A stretch of DNA of 64,000 bases, taken from sequence record OR805295.1; one strand, written 5' to 3'. The notes below the pieces were generated by a model. That model saw only the letters and a list, made by a program, of their open reading frames with translations, was not told the DNA's origin and searched no databases. Shown here piece after piece: positions 9,657 to 21,005 of the stretch (positions are counted from its first letter, which is position 1; every line of letters starts with the position of its first letter). The translations under genes and the position numbers were made by a program.

Positions 9657-10637
9657 ATGGGAAGACCTATTAAAAGCGATTGGTTTGGTGAAAGCGAAAC
9701 AGGCCAACCTAAGTTAAGCATATATGCTAAGTTACCTGGTATGACTAATGCTGCCGAGGGTTTTATAGTAGCACAAAAAGGTACTCGTAAATATAAAGTA
9801 AACGTTAACGACACTATAGGCGATGTCTTTCTAGTTAATTCTAAATTAGCTGATTTAAACGAAGGCGAAGGGGTTATATTCGTAGGCGAAGTAGATAGTG
9901 ACATAACTGTTTCTAAAATACAACAATACGGATTAGTAGCAGTTAATTCCACTGGCGAAATTCAATTCGGCGGACAAACCCAATGGGTAGTAGACGAAGA
10001 AACAGGATTACAACCTGATACTAGTTCTGTCCCGCAACCAAGTAATCAAACGTTGCTTGCAAATGCCAGTACTGCATTTAAGAAAGAAAACGGAACATTA
10101 TGGACTGGTTCGGGAATACCGGCATCAGGAATGTTAGTATCTAAAAATAATATAATTGAACTTGCATTGTCTGCACACTTGCGCGGTTCTGTTATTAACA
10201 GAAAAATAAACGACGACGGTTCGTATGATATATCTCTAACTTCTTCAACACAAGATTGGGCGTTTGACTATTGTGTAGGTATTGTATCGCCGGCAGTAAC
10301 AGATATAACTACAGAATACGACGTTGTTCTTACTGCATATTGCAATTCAGAAGGTAAAGAACAAAACCCAGCTGTATTTACTTTAGCAAAAGAAGATACA
10401 TATGTATGGAAAAATACAGTTCTAGACGGAGATATTACTGACAGTGCATCCGATCCCGATAATCGGTGTGTTCAAAATACTCTTAGATATACGTTCTTTA
10501 AAGATAATGTTGTGCCTCCAGTAGGTGAAGAAGATCCTATAGTAGGTACATTTATTATCAAATTAGAAGCAACCCATAAAACTAACTTTAATACTGTTAG
10601 TGCAAAAATGATAGTTCGTGTAACAAAAGATTTTTAA
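9657..10637 (+). CDS. Putative virion structural protein
   Basis: MGRPIKSDWFG N-terminus, beta-rich composition, AAGGAGGAG RBS, late-type motif. Confidence 0.6.
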   Translation: MGRPIKSDWFGESETGQPKLSIYAKLPGMTNAAEGFIVAQKGTRKYKVNVNDTIGDVFLVNSKLADLNEGEGVIFVGEVDSDITVSKIQQYGLVAVNSTGEIQFGGQTQWVVDEETGLQPDTSSVPQPSNQTLLANASTAFKKENGTLWTGSGIPASGMLVSKNNIIELALSAHLRGSVINRKINDDGSYDISLTSSTQDWAFDYCVGIVSPAVTDITTEYDVVLTAYCNSEGKEQNPAVFTLAKEDTYVWKNTVLDGDITDSASDPDNRCVQNTLRYTFFKDNVVPPVGEEDPIVGTFIIKLEATHKTNFNTVSAKMIVRVTKDF

Positions 10638-10650
10638 TAAAATCTAAACA

Positions 10651-10680
10651 AAGAAAAGCGCTTTTATATGCGCTTTTCTT
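10651..10680. terminator. Intrinsic terminator
   Basis: AAGAAAAGCGC-8-GCGCTTTTCTT. Confidence 0.75.
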
Positions 10681-10709
10681 TTGACACAGTTACTGTTTAA
10701 TTGTATTAT
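10681..10709 (+). promoter_or_regulatory. sigma70 promoter
   Basis: TTGACA-17-TATTAT. Confidence 0.85.
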
Positions 10710-10740
10710 GCAACAACAAACCGTACAGTAGGATACTATC

Positions 10741-10983
10741 ATGCAAGAAATTATAGTGTACAGAAATCCGGTAGAAGCAGCGTTTTGGTCGAGCATGCAA
10801 GACGGAAATATTGTACTTTTTCTTGTGACATTTATGATTATGGCAGTATCATTAGTGGTAATGTTAGTAGCTCTGTATAACACATTTGTTGTTAATAAAC
10901 GGGTTCGCAATAAATGGATTTATGTTCCCGTTGTGTTAGGAATTTTAATTTCTATGATAACATGCTACAATCTATTTTTGTAG
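10741..10983 (+). CDS. Small two-helix membrane protein
   Basis: Two hydrophobic helices; own promoter and terminator. Confidence 0.75.
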   Translation: MQEIIVYRNPVEAAFWSSMQDGNIVLFLVTFMIMAVSLVVMLVALYNTFVVNKRVRNKWIYVPVVLGILISMITCYNLFL

Positions 10984-10995
10984 AACGAAAATCAA

Positions 10996-11020
10996 TAAAA
11001 AGGGCTTAAAGCCCTTTTTA
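10996..11020. terminator. Intrinsic terminator
   Basis: TAAAAAGGGC-ttaaa-GCCCTTTTTA. Confidence 0.8.
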
Positions 11021-11099
11021 TTTGTCTACGCATACCTTTAGCACAAAAATATTGTTTTATGCTACAATGTCCTTACTATAATGTATTGAGAATATATCT

Positions 11100-12185
11100 A
11101 TGAATATTAATATATGGTATACTAACGTAGAACTACAAACAAAAACAAAGAAACAAGTACAGATTTGGCCTAAAAAAATTACTAGTCCCGAACCTTCCTA
11201 CAGTTTTACAAATTGTGTAAGAAATGTACAAAACGTATTTGACGAAATACATATTTTAAAGGATATATCTATTAGACACGGAAGTGCGAAAGTAATGCAA
11301 GCAGCAATATATATAAAAGAGATAGATATGTATGGCAGATTTGATCTGAGGGCAGAATCTCTTGTAGAACTTTTACATACAAAAAACATTTCTGTTTCGG
11401 AAGGTGTAATTAAAGGTAAGTTTTCATTTGATTTTAGTTCTAGTAGTTATAGAATTATTCCAGCAGATAATGTAATTTCTGCCAGTGCAAAGAAAACTGC
11501 AAAAGAACTAATTCCATTTAGGGCATATAAAGATAAAGTAGGAAATTCCGTTATATACCTAGGGAAGGCATCAACTGAATGTGGCAAACAATTATTTTTG
11601 ACAATCGACTTGCCTAATCATCAAGAAGAAAAAGGTCTAGCAAAAATGGCAGTAGATCTTGTAGGCGGAAGATATGCATGGTATATAAATTCTGATCATA
11701 ATGTGTATAAGAACGAATTTGAAAAACTAAAATCATATGACGAAGACATGTACAATGTTATACTAAAATTAAAACAATTAGATGTAGGTGATCTATCAAG
11801 TATATATGAAAAGTATTTCTTAAAGGCGTTTTATTATTGCACAAAAGAAGGACATCGTGTATTTGACCGCAGATTTGATGTAGCAACCGGGCGGACGCTA
11901 GGCACCGGAAGTTATCTATATAGACTGCAATATACAGTAGGTGTTCCTTCGTTGTATCAAGAAATTGACGATATTAGTGAAATGTTCGTCAGTAACGGAA
12001 TTCCTGGAACATATGTAGCTATTCCCAAGAAATGGCTATCTTACAAATATATCAGTGCTAGCAACGCATTACCTTTATACGTAGACTTTAAAAATAAAAT
12101 CGTCCGTAAAACAACTGTAACTGATGAAATTAACCCATATGAATACGATGATAGTTTTATAAATGAAGTATTAAATCATATATAA
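11100..12185 (+). CDS. Hypothetical protein
   Basis: 361 aa ORF; TGcTACAAT extended -10 upstream. Confidence 0.8.
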   Translation: MNINIWYTNVELQTKTKKQVQIWPKKITSPEPSYSFTNCVRNVQNVFDEIHILKDISIRHGSAKVMQAAIYIKEIDMYGRFDLRAESLVELLHTKNISVSEGVIKGKFSFDFSSSSYRIIPADNVISASAKKTAKELIPFRAYKDKVGNSVIYLGKASTECGKQLFLTIDLPNHQEEKGLAKMAVDLVGGRYAWYINSDHNVYKNEFEKLKSYDEDMYNVILKLKQLDVGDLSSIYEKYFLKAFYYCTKEGHRVFDRRFDVATGRTLGTGSYLYRLQYTVGVPSLYQEIDDISEMFVSNGIPGTYVAIPKKWLSYKYISASNALPLYVDFKNKIVRKTTVTDEINPYEYDDSFINEVLNHI

Positions 12186-12622
12186 TTTATTTAATACGAT
12201 ACTAGACTATATACGGTATTCTTTTGTATGATATACAATGACAGTTGGGAATTTAAATGCTTTTTACAGTTGCTGCAAAGCATGCAAAATAACGCATACG
12301 TAAACAGCACAAAACACGCGCATAATGCGTTGTTTGTGTGCTTTGTGTATACTGCACTAGCATGCAAACTAGCATGCAAAATAACGCATTTTTGCAGCTA
12401 TAACGCTAGGGGTACGCATTCCTACAAATATAATAATTTGCTAGAATGATGTATATTTTTAAATTCTAAATTTAACCTATCCTATAATATACATTACGGA
12501 AATGTTACAATTAAAAATTTTATTATCTCAGACTTTATGCACATTCAATCTTATAATACTATATTAAATACAAATATATTTATTGATTTGCAAGTAACAT
12601 TTAACAAACGGAGTATATTTTA

Positions 12623-13847
12623 ATGGTCTCTGTTAATATACCGTTAATTGTATCTAATAAAATATATAAAATGGAATTTGAATATGGCAAGGATGATGTG
12701 TTATATTTGTGTATGTATAGTGACAATATTACATATCTACATAATATAATAGTCAATACAGAATTTTCTATGCTTTTTGTTCAATGTATGGGTAAAACTA
12801 TACCACTAGAATCGATATTATATATCCAGTCAAATATAAAAACAATAAGTGTGACTGATGATTATGGCTGTATAACCCTACATAACGATACATTTTGTTT
12901 ATGTACTGGATATTTTCAGGAAAAAGTTAAATTTTTTGCAGATTAAATATGAATGAACAAATTATATTATGTTTTCAAGCATGCATTAATAAATTTGCCT
13001 ACTTAGGAAACCCAAAAATAAGATTATTTAGAATCGGTAAAAGTGTCAAGATATCTGCACGGAATTATAATAATATGGATATAGGTTCGTTTGACAGTAA
13101 TTTGAAATTTTTATTATATATCGATAGTATCCAAGATATTGGAATATATGATGAAAATTTTATATTTTATATATCAATAAATTCAGACGAAATATCATTT
13201 TTGGGTTCTACAGGTACAGCACAAGTAGATACTGAACTTGGAATTACTATATTCTTTACCCGCACCAAAACATAATCCTAAATTATGATATTCATTGCAC
13301 AGCGACTATTATATAACATAACATATAATAAAAATACAATACTGTTCGGTTGTTTTAATAGTGGATATTTTTTAATTAATAGAAGAAGTGGTATTGGATT
13401 CTTATTTACAGATATATGTATGAAACGAATAAAATGCATTTATTTCATATTATATATTTCGCGTAATACTAATACTATAGGCAAAGATGCAATCTATATT
13501 AAAGATTTAGAACTACTCAGAGCAATGCACATACTTCGATGAATATAAATTTAATACTGCTACTTCAAAGATGTACGTCTGTAATAGGAGGATTCCAACG
13601 CGGCGGCGCAACACTTATCCATATTTATAGTGATTTTAATTTATCTGCTATAATGACGTTATACAAAAGAAGATGCAAATGCATTGTATTTACTGACATT
13701 TTGTTTAACGACATTAAAGACGGTTCTATAGATATCATTATCTATATAAGTAAGAATGCAAACCTAATACACGATAAATTTGCCTACATAGACACATCTG
13801 TTACAGATGAATCTTCTGTTCCTTTACACGATATGACAGGAATATGA
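12623..13847 (+). other. Four tandem ORFs of the ILxLQ small-protein family (12623-12946, 12949-13275, 13285-13542, 13539-13847)
   Basis: NLILLLQRCTSVI, IFIAQRLLYNI, ILYIQSNIKTI, IIYISKNANLI. Confidence 0.6.
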
Positions 13848-14329
13848 ATAATCCTATATATAATTTTATACTTGCAAGACGAATATGCAAACGGTATAGA
13901 ATAAAATTCAATCCTTTTGTAAAATTAGATACAGGAAGTTTACAAATAGATAACGCAGATAAAATAACAGTTAGCGTAAATGTATTTAATAGTAATTTTA
14001 TACCTATATTTTGGCACGAAATAGGGCATTATATTCATCATACATTAGTTAATTATAAAATTTATTTAGATTACTATACTCCTATTTGTCCTACACACGG
14101 GTATCTTTTATATAATAAGACACAAGATTTTTATAAATGTCTTTATTCCGAAATGTTTGCTAGTAGATTTGCACTAAAGGTATGCGGAGCAAAACATAAG
14201 AAATACCTCATAAAATGTTTTCACACATACACTTCTGCTGCATTTAAAACCAACATCGCCAGCCAATCCAAATTTACAAGATTTGTAGATTTTGTAGAAA
14301 AACTTTCTAGAAAATTAGATAGATATTAA
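13844..14329 (+). CDS. Zincin-like (HExxH) metallopeptidase
   Basis: FWHEIGHYIH followed by YSEMFASRFA. Confidence 0.6.
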   Translation: MNNPIYNFILARRICKRYRIKFNPFVKLDTGSLQIDNADKITVSVNVFNSNFIPIFWHEIGHYIHHTLVNYKIYLDYYTPICPTHGYLLYNKTQDFYKCLYSEMFASRFALKVCGAKHKKYLIKCFHTYTSAAFKTNIASQSKFTRFVDFVEKLSRKLDRY

Positions 14330-14665
14330 TATATGAACACTTATGATTATATAAGACAGAATAACGACAAAATAGTTACATTTGAAACCATATTACATAT
14401 AAGCAGTAGAAGTAGAGTAATAAGACTGCATTACAATTTTAGTTATATTTTACAACGAATGTCTCTAATTCTACCAGATAAACGCGGGAACCTGGTAATT
14501 AAATACTTTTATTACCGAAGTGTATGAAATATATTTCGTGTATATTATATAACTTTCTGTTCACTACTTATATAAAAGTACATTCCAAAAATATTGTAAA
14601 TATAGTATAGTTTTCATATAAAAGTATGCGTATAATTTGCACATATAACGCAATAGCACAGCAAC

Positions 14666-14800
14666 AAACAAAACGTAATAAAAAAATGTTGCAATAGCTT
14701 AAAAGTTTTAGTATAATAAGCACATAACAACGCAATACAGTTTACAAACAAAACGTAATAAAAAATGTTGCAATAGCTTAAAAGTTTTAGTATAATAAGC
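14666..14800 (+). promoter_or_regulatory. Tandemly duplicated sigma70 promoter of the tRNA cluster
   Basis: Two copies 79 bp apart of A-tract + TTGCAA-17-TATAAT (14689-14717, 14768-14796). Confidence 0.85.
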
Positions 14801-14832
14801 GTATAATGCAGCTTATATAACAAGTTAAAAAC

Positions 14833-14909
14833 CCCTCGGTAGCTCAGTTGGTTAGAGCGCGCGACTCATAATCGCTAGGTCACTGGTTCGAATCCAGTTC
14901 GAGGGACCA
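14833..14909 (+). tRNA. tRNA-CAU, Ile2-like (or elongator Met), copy 1
   Basis: Cloverleaf, anticodon CAT, GCGACTCATAATCGC arm as in Ile2, CCA end. Confidence 0.9.
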
Positions 14910-14931
14910 ATTTTAAGATGTTGTGCTTTTA

Positions 14932-15016
14932 GCCCGAGTGGTGAAATTGGTAGACACAGGAGACTTAAAATCTCCCGCTTCGCAGCGTACCGGTTCGAGT
15001 CCGGTCTCGGGTACCA
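14932..15016 (+). tRNA. tRNA-Leu(UAA), copy 1
   Basis: GGAGA-CT-TAA-AA-TCTCC, long variable arm, CCA. Confidence 0.95.
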
Positions 15017-15066
15017 AACAAAAGATATAAATACTTAACAAGATAGGAAACTATTCTAAAATTAAA

Positions 15067-15142
15067 TGGCTAGTAGCTCAGTTGGTAGAGCAAATGACTG
15101 TTAATCATTGGGTCGTAGGTTCGAGTCCTACCTAGCCAGCCA
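15067..15142 (+). tRNA. tRNA-Asn(GUU)
   Basis: AATGA-CT-GTT-AA-TCATT, CCA. Confidence 0.95.
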
Positions 15143-15168
15143 ATTACACTTTGTTGTATATTCAATAT

Positions 15169-15244
<76 letters not shown>

Positions 15245-15313
15245 ATTTTAAATAACATTTGTATCTAAAGAGATACAATAGTCTAAATAAAATATTCATA
15301 TAATGTTTCAAAC

Positions 15314-15390
15314 GGGACTTTAGCTCAGTTGGTTAGAGCGCGCGACTCATAATCGCTAGGTCACTGGTTCGAATCCAGTAAGTCCCACCA
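15314..15390 (+). tRNA. tRNA-CAU, Ile2-like (or elongator Met), copy 2
   Basis: Body identical to copy 1, different acceptor stem, CCA. Confidence 0.9.
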
Positions 15391-15440
15391 ATTTTTATAT
15401 ACAAATCAAACTATACTTAAACTATATAATGAATGAATAT

Positions 15441-15525
15441 GCCCGGTTGGTGAAATCGGTAGACACAGGAGACTTAAAATCTCCCGACGAAAGTCGTGCC
15501 AGTTCGAGTCTGGCACCGGGCACCA
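15441..15525 (+). tRNA. tRNA-Leu(UAA), copy 2
   Basis: GGAGA-CT-TAA-AA-TCTCC, CCA. Confidence 0.95.
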
Positions 15526-16387
15526 AACTCCTACAAAAGGAACATATTATAGTATGTTCCTTTTTTATTATGATATTTTTATTATGAATGAAATAATGCA
15601 TATATCTGCCAACACATACGTAATAGAATATCGCGTATTAAACAAGTTAGTAGTCACTATAAAAAATAATAGATCTTTTACATTATGGGTACATTTTGAT
15701 ATCGGTACATTTTCTATGGCATGGAAATACAATGCAATATAGAATTAAAAAATGAAATACATTATTAATTTACAATACTCAACAGAAGTAATATATATGC
15801 CGTGTTTCAACATAATATCGTTATGCGATAATAGATCTGTTACTATCCTTTCTATTACTATGATATTTAAGATAAGATACTATTTGCATCCGATGTTCCG
15901 TTATATTCTATAATACATAATATTTTTATTGTAACAAATACCAGAAGTGCTTAGATAATATATAGCAATTCTGTTTATTATCGATATTGCGGTATACTTA
16001 GTATTTCTTATTAACCGTATTACATAGAATAAAGAATGGAAAAAATTTTAACTATTTCACATAAAACATTAATATGTGAACTGTCGTTATTAAACTGGTC
16101 GAAATCCATAGTTTGTGCATATTCTGGCGAAATAATATGGTATGTTCGGTTGCATAAGAAATGTTATGTAGTACAGCTAAGATGATAATGAACTGTATTT
16201 TTTCCTATTCGTACTATTTAGAACGCATCGTATGTCATGCAAAAATCTACAAAGGGTTTGTAGTCAGTAAAAATACTTTTTGTGAGAAATCCGTAATAGC
16301 TTTATACTTAATAAATAGTGGTAGTTATTTTCATAAATGTTATGTCGATCATTACTTAATTGTATAGATATATTTTAATAAAAATAG

Positions 16388-16416
16388 TTGACCGAACAAA
16401 CAAAACAGTATATAAT
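16388..16416 (+). promoter_or_regulatory. sigma70 promoter for tRNA-Arg
   Basis: TTGACC-17-TATAAT. Confidence 0.85.
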
Positions 16417-16467
16417 GTTACGCATATAAAGCATTATTACAAAGCTATCATTAGTTGCACAAGATAT

Positions 16468-16544
16468 GCGCTCGTAGCTCAGCTGGATAGAGCATCCGCC
16501 TTCTAAGCGGATGGTCGGGGGTTCGAATCCCTCCGGGCGCGCCA
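16468..16544 (+). tRNA. tRNA-Arg(UCU)
   Basis: TCCGC-CT-TCT-AA-GCGGA, CCA. Confidence 0.95.
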
Positions 16545-17083
16545 ATTTTAAAGAGTGTTGTGTTATGCAAACAATAAGATTTGACATAAGACTTCTTCGT
16601 TATAGTATGAAACAAGGTTTCTGTTGCATAGGTAAAGATATATTTGAAGTGTGCAGAAAAACTCGGATCAGTCCAGGTCAGCTAAACTTACGAAAAAATT
16701 ATATAGGACGAGTATTAATCGGAATTGATTCGAACTACAATCTGCACAATACCTGTTTAGTAGGCTGGACTCGCTATAAAAATATTATAGTATAAAAATT
16801 TATATTAATAATATGAATAGATGCAAAGAACATCTACAATACAGAACAATCAAAAAGCATACATTAACTTGTAGGAAATGCAAAGAGTTATCGTTACAAA
16901 TAAAATTATTTTGGCTTCAACAACAAGCATTCAGTATTAGAACCGATACTAGCGGAATATACATATTCGATATTAAATATAATTCTATTTACGTATACTC
17001 TGTAGCTTGGTATAATACAGAATTATACGGTAAAGGGAAAATAATTTTAGAATAAACATGTATATATAAGAGTACCTCAAATA

Positions 17084-17416
17084 ATGAATAATTATTCTAA
17101 TGATACAGATATTCTAAAATGGATAAAGCGTAACAATAGAAAAAATGCACGTCTAATTTCATATATAGACGGAATATATAATATTGTTTATTTCGATGGC
17201 GGAAAAGCAAGAGTTGGCATAGTAAAAGACAATATGCACTGCAGATACGGAATACATAGTCGTGGATCTATGTATTCGAAAGATATAATGAGCCTGTGGC
17301 AATCTAGTACAGGTTCGTGTTCGCCCGATGATGTAAAGATTATGCAAGATTATCTAGACGATAAATGCATACTTCCGGAATTTGATTTTTCTCAGATTAA
17401 AAATTTAAAATGGTAA
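17084..17416 (+). CDS. Hypothetical protein
   Basis: 110 aa ORF with typical protein composition. Confidence 0.7.
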   Translation: MNNYSNDTDILKWIKRNNRKNARLISYIDGIYNIVYFDGGKARVGIVKDNMHCRYGIHSRGSMYSKDIMSLWQSSTGSCSPDDVKIMQDYLDDKCILPEFDFSQIKNLKW

Positions 17417-17439
17417 ATAATATAACAATATAGTTTTAT

Positions 17440-17516
17440 CGCAGGGTATGCAAGAGGTCTAAGCAGAAAGGCTCATAACCTTTTTATCGTGGGTTCGAAT
17501 CCCACCCCTGCAACCA
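17440..17516 (+). tRNA. Initiator tRNA-fMet(CAU)
   Basis: C1:A72 mismatch, purine11:pyrimidine24, CAT anticodon, CCA. Confidence 0.88.
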
Positions 17517-17525
17517 GTTTTATAT

Positions 17526-17602
17526 CTAGGCATAGCTCAAGTAGGTAGAGCACTTGCTTTGGGAGCAAGAGGTTGGGGATTCGAGGTCTCCTGCCTAGAC
17601 CA
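17526..17602 (+). tRNA. tRNA-Pro(UGG)
   Basis: CTTGC-TT-TGG-GA-GCAAG, C1:G72, CCA. Confidence 0.92.
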
Positions 17603-17611
17603 ATTTACTAT

Positions 17612-17684
17612 GCAGTCCTAGCTCAATTGGTAGAGCACTGTCCTTCCAAGTCAGATGTTACGGGTTCGAGTCCCGTGGGCTGCT
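17612..17684 (+). tRNA. tRNA-Gly(UCC), no encoded CCA
   Basis: Anticodon TCC, U73; followed by CAA; U:U mismatch in anticodon stem. Confidence 0.8.
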
Positions 17685-18424
17685 CAATATTCTAATATAA
17701 TTGATTGGTATATCTAATCGATGATTCATGTAGTGGATAAATATGGAAGTATAGTTATACCATCTAATATAACGGTGCTGGAAATACAGGCATACACAAC
17801 AGAGTTATTGTATGTAAGAAAATCTCATTGTTTATGTTTATACATTCCTAATATAGGAAATTATGCTTTATGGTTTTTAGACAGATAGGATAAAAATATA
17901 AATTGTTCTGTTTAAGGAACCAACATTAAATGGCAGGTTGCATATTTAGGCTCGATTTGTCTATTTTTCGTGAAAATGTATATAGTATTTCTAGGTTGTC
18001 TTATACAAAATCTATATGTGTTTCAATAACAACTAAACCGACAAGCAATAGAAAACAATTAGAAATATATGTTGTAGATAAAACAACTGATTTTTTAGTT
18101 GCATGCAAATATTTTTAGTTTATCTATTTTGACTTGCCTTTAAAATAAATAACCATTATATATTTGATATAATAACTATTCTAAATAGAAATAAAACCAT
18201 AAATACACATAATAACGGTGTGGATTTATGGAAAACATATTTAGGATATCTATTAATGCTAACGAAGGTATTATACGAATATCCCCTACTTACTTTTTTA
18301 ATGGTGTTTTTTATTCAAAGCATTTGAATATTTTTATAATAGATCCCGACGGATATTTAATAAGAAAAATATATACTTGTAGTACATTCTTATAATGATT
18401 TCTTTTAAATATACAAAATAACAT

Positions 18425-18453
18425 TTGACACAAGTATAATTATTTCGTATAAT
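18425..18453 (+). promoter_or_regulatory. Consensus sigma70 promoter
   Basis: TTGACA-17-TATAAT. Confidence 0.9.
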
Positions 18454-18484
18454 AAGTGCATAAAATATCAAAAGAGAATTTTAA

Positions 18485-18844
18485 ATGATTTCCAAAATTC
18501 AAATTGTATACGGAATATATCTTCCTACTGCTGATGCAAAAATTATATACGAAGACTCGGAATACGAATCTAATAAAATAAATAAAAATATTAGATTATT
18601 TGCAAATGATGCATATTTAGAAGATAAGATTTTAGAAAATAAGGAATTCGAAGATAATCCCTATGTTCCGCACTTTTATGGTATTTTTTGTAAAGAATTC
18701 GATAATGACCAAAGTGCATACTTATATAATGTTCCCAAATCTTTTATAGATGAATATAATAATGTAGCTCCAGCTATTTTGGCTAGACTCGGTTATTTAG
18801 ATAGAGTTGCAGGAAAACAACATTGTAGAATAATCTACGAATAG
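18485..18844 (+). CDS. Hypothetical protein
   Basis: 119 aa ORF downstream of consensus promoter. Confidence 0.75.
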   Translation: MISKIQIVYGIYLPTADAKIIYEDSEYESNKINKNIRLFANDAYLEDKILENKEFEDNPYVPHFYGIFCKEFDNDQSAYLYNVPKSFIDEYNNVAPAILARLGYLDRVAGKQHCRIIYE

Positions 18845-18858
18845 AATTAACTAGTTTT

Positions 18859-18948
18859 GGAGAGGTGATAGAGTCTGGTTTATTATACTAGTCTTGAAAA
18901 CTAGCGGATCGAAAGGTCCCGTGGGTTCGAATCCCACCCTCTCCGCCA
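18859..18948 (+). tRNA. tRNA-Ser(UGA)
   Basis: CTAGT-CT-TGA-AA-ACTAG, long variable arm, G73, CCA. Confidence 0.95.
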
Positions 18949-18953
18949 AATAT

Positions 18954-19043
18954 AGATACTTGACCGAGTGGCTTAAGGTGCTTCCCTGCTAAGGAAGTGA
19001 GTTTGAAAAAGCTCCGTAGGTTCGAATCCTACAGTATCTGCCA
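18954..19043 (+). tRNA. tRNA-Ser(GCU)
   Basis: CTTCC-CT-GCT-AA-GGAAG, long variable arm, CCA. Confidence 0.95.
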
Positions 19044-19403
19044 ACACATAAGCGGAACAATTGTTCCGCTTTTTATTAACCTAATAAATGTTATTTTATA
19101 ATGTTACTCATTATAAAACACAATAACAAAAATATCTTATAATACTAGTTTTGAAATTTCTAAAATAATTTGCAATGATATTTGTTTTAGTTATTATATA
19201 GAAAAAGATTACTAGACAAAGTATTATTGCAGATGTCAAATGCAATCAACTAATATTATTATCTAATTTAGCAAAATCAGAAAATACTCATTTAAATCAG
19301 TATAGTATTACATTCTGGTATTTTCCATTAAAACAATAAATTTACAATTTTATTAATACACCGAGTATAGTATATTAAATATAAATCACACGAGGTCACA
19401 GTT

Positions 19404-19619
19404 ATGAACAAACATTTCGATATAATTGCCGAACTTGAATATCCTACTTATACTGTACAAGTAAGGAAATATCGCGACGATGGTAGATATGAGGTTGGTC
19501 AACAACCCAACGAGGGCGAGTATGTTGCACGCCACGAAAATTGCACTGCCGACGACGCCATCCGCGTACTATCTCACTACTGCACAGCAGCCCTTTATAA
19601 AATAAAGAAACAATACTAA
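19404..19619 (+). CDS. Hypothetical protein
   Basis: GAGG RBS, 71 aa. Confidence 0.75.
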   Translation: MNKHFDIIAELEYPTYTVQVRKYRDDGRYEVGQQPNEGEYVARHENCTADDAIRVLSHYCTAALYKIKKQY

Positions 19620-20263
19620 TTAAATGAGAATATTTGTTATGTGTACAGATGCCGGTCCTTCACCGGCATTTTGGCAAGAACTAAACTGCGGAATAACCTA
19701 TGACACTAAAGATGCGTGTGGCGATTTCAGTGTTAATGACATATTCAATGTATTAGTAAAAAAAGTAAACATAGTGTTATGTGCGAATGTGTCCAACTAC
19801 GAGATATTAAGCTATTCTAGGTTCTTAAAATCATGCACATAACTAACCTATGTAAACTATGTTCCATGTATCAATATCTCGAAATCATCATGGAAAATCT
19901 GCAGGACAAAACAACATCAATTATAATTAGATTCGAAGTACCGACAGAGTATGGTAATATTTCGTCTTTCATATTTCATTTTAAAGTACATAAGGAAACA
20001 ACTAAAATAACTAATAATCTAAGTGATTATTCTAATAGAATAAATCATTTACATAACAGTTATATTAGATGGATTAATAACCCAAGAATGAAACTTTATA
20101 AATGATAAAAATATTTAAAATACAGATGCATTTAGAACATATAGTATATGATCATTTAGCTATATATACTATAGATTCATCATCATCAGCCATCGTTTTT
20201 ATTAATTTAAATAATCCTAAACCCATATGGAACACTCATTATAAACATTAAAGAGAATAATGA

Positions 20264-20614
20264 ATGAACTTTGAGTATGTATTTAAATTAATCAATCTAC
20301 TAAAAGTTTCTAGTTCGATAGAATGTATTTCGTTATCTAAATTTTATAACGACTACGGCGTATATATAGAATACAAAAATAATAAAAAACTGCATCGCTT
20401 GTTAGACCATAACATTACTAGCCCAATCAACATTATAGAAGAAGAACTAGAACGCATAATTAGAATTTCTGCATCTAATGTGAAAATATCACCAGTGTAC
20501 AATCGTGCTACCCAAAAAGAAATATTAAATATGTGGATAAATTATACATTAATTTGGCGAAGAACATTTTATTCTAGTGCATATACAATGCAACCGTATT
20601 TGAAGGTAAAATAA
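20264..20614 (+). CDS. Hypothetical protein
   Basis: 116 aa ORF. Confidence 0.6.
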   Translation: MNFEYVFKLINLLKVSSSIECISLSKFYNDYGVYIEYKNNKKLHRLLDHNITSPINIIEEELERIIRISASNVKISPVYNRATQKEILNMWINYTLIWRRTFYSSAYTMQPYLKVK

Positions 20615-21005
20615 ATGACAATAGACGAATTTCTAGAACAATTAGACTGTGCATGTACTGATGGCAATTGCATATTTCGCCCATCGCATCGGAAAGGAAT
20701 GGTAACTAACGGTGGTTGTAAGTGTATAATAGACAGAAATAAACACACTAATGTACTGAGGTATATTAATTTCTTAAAATCTAAAATAAAATGATAGATT
20801 ACATCTTTAAATTAAGTTCCTATTGTTTAATTTTTATAGATTCATCACGCCATTATGGTGTACACTACGATCTGGCAGAATATTTTTCAGACGGTTCTAT
20901 ATGGTATAAATGGTCTTATGAGACCACTTCGCACAACGATACTCAGTATAATAAAGGAAAATACACAAAAAGTTTTATATACTTAATGGAAGGAAAATAT
21001 TCAGC

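Noticed and set aside
12191-12449. ORFs 12191- and 12228+
   Set aside because: They lie in a GA/TC-free non-coding tract, with no RBS and biased composition
16375-16795. ORFs 16375- and the 5' part of 16511+
   Set aside because: They overlap the tRNA-Arg gene
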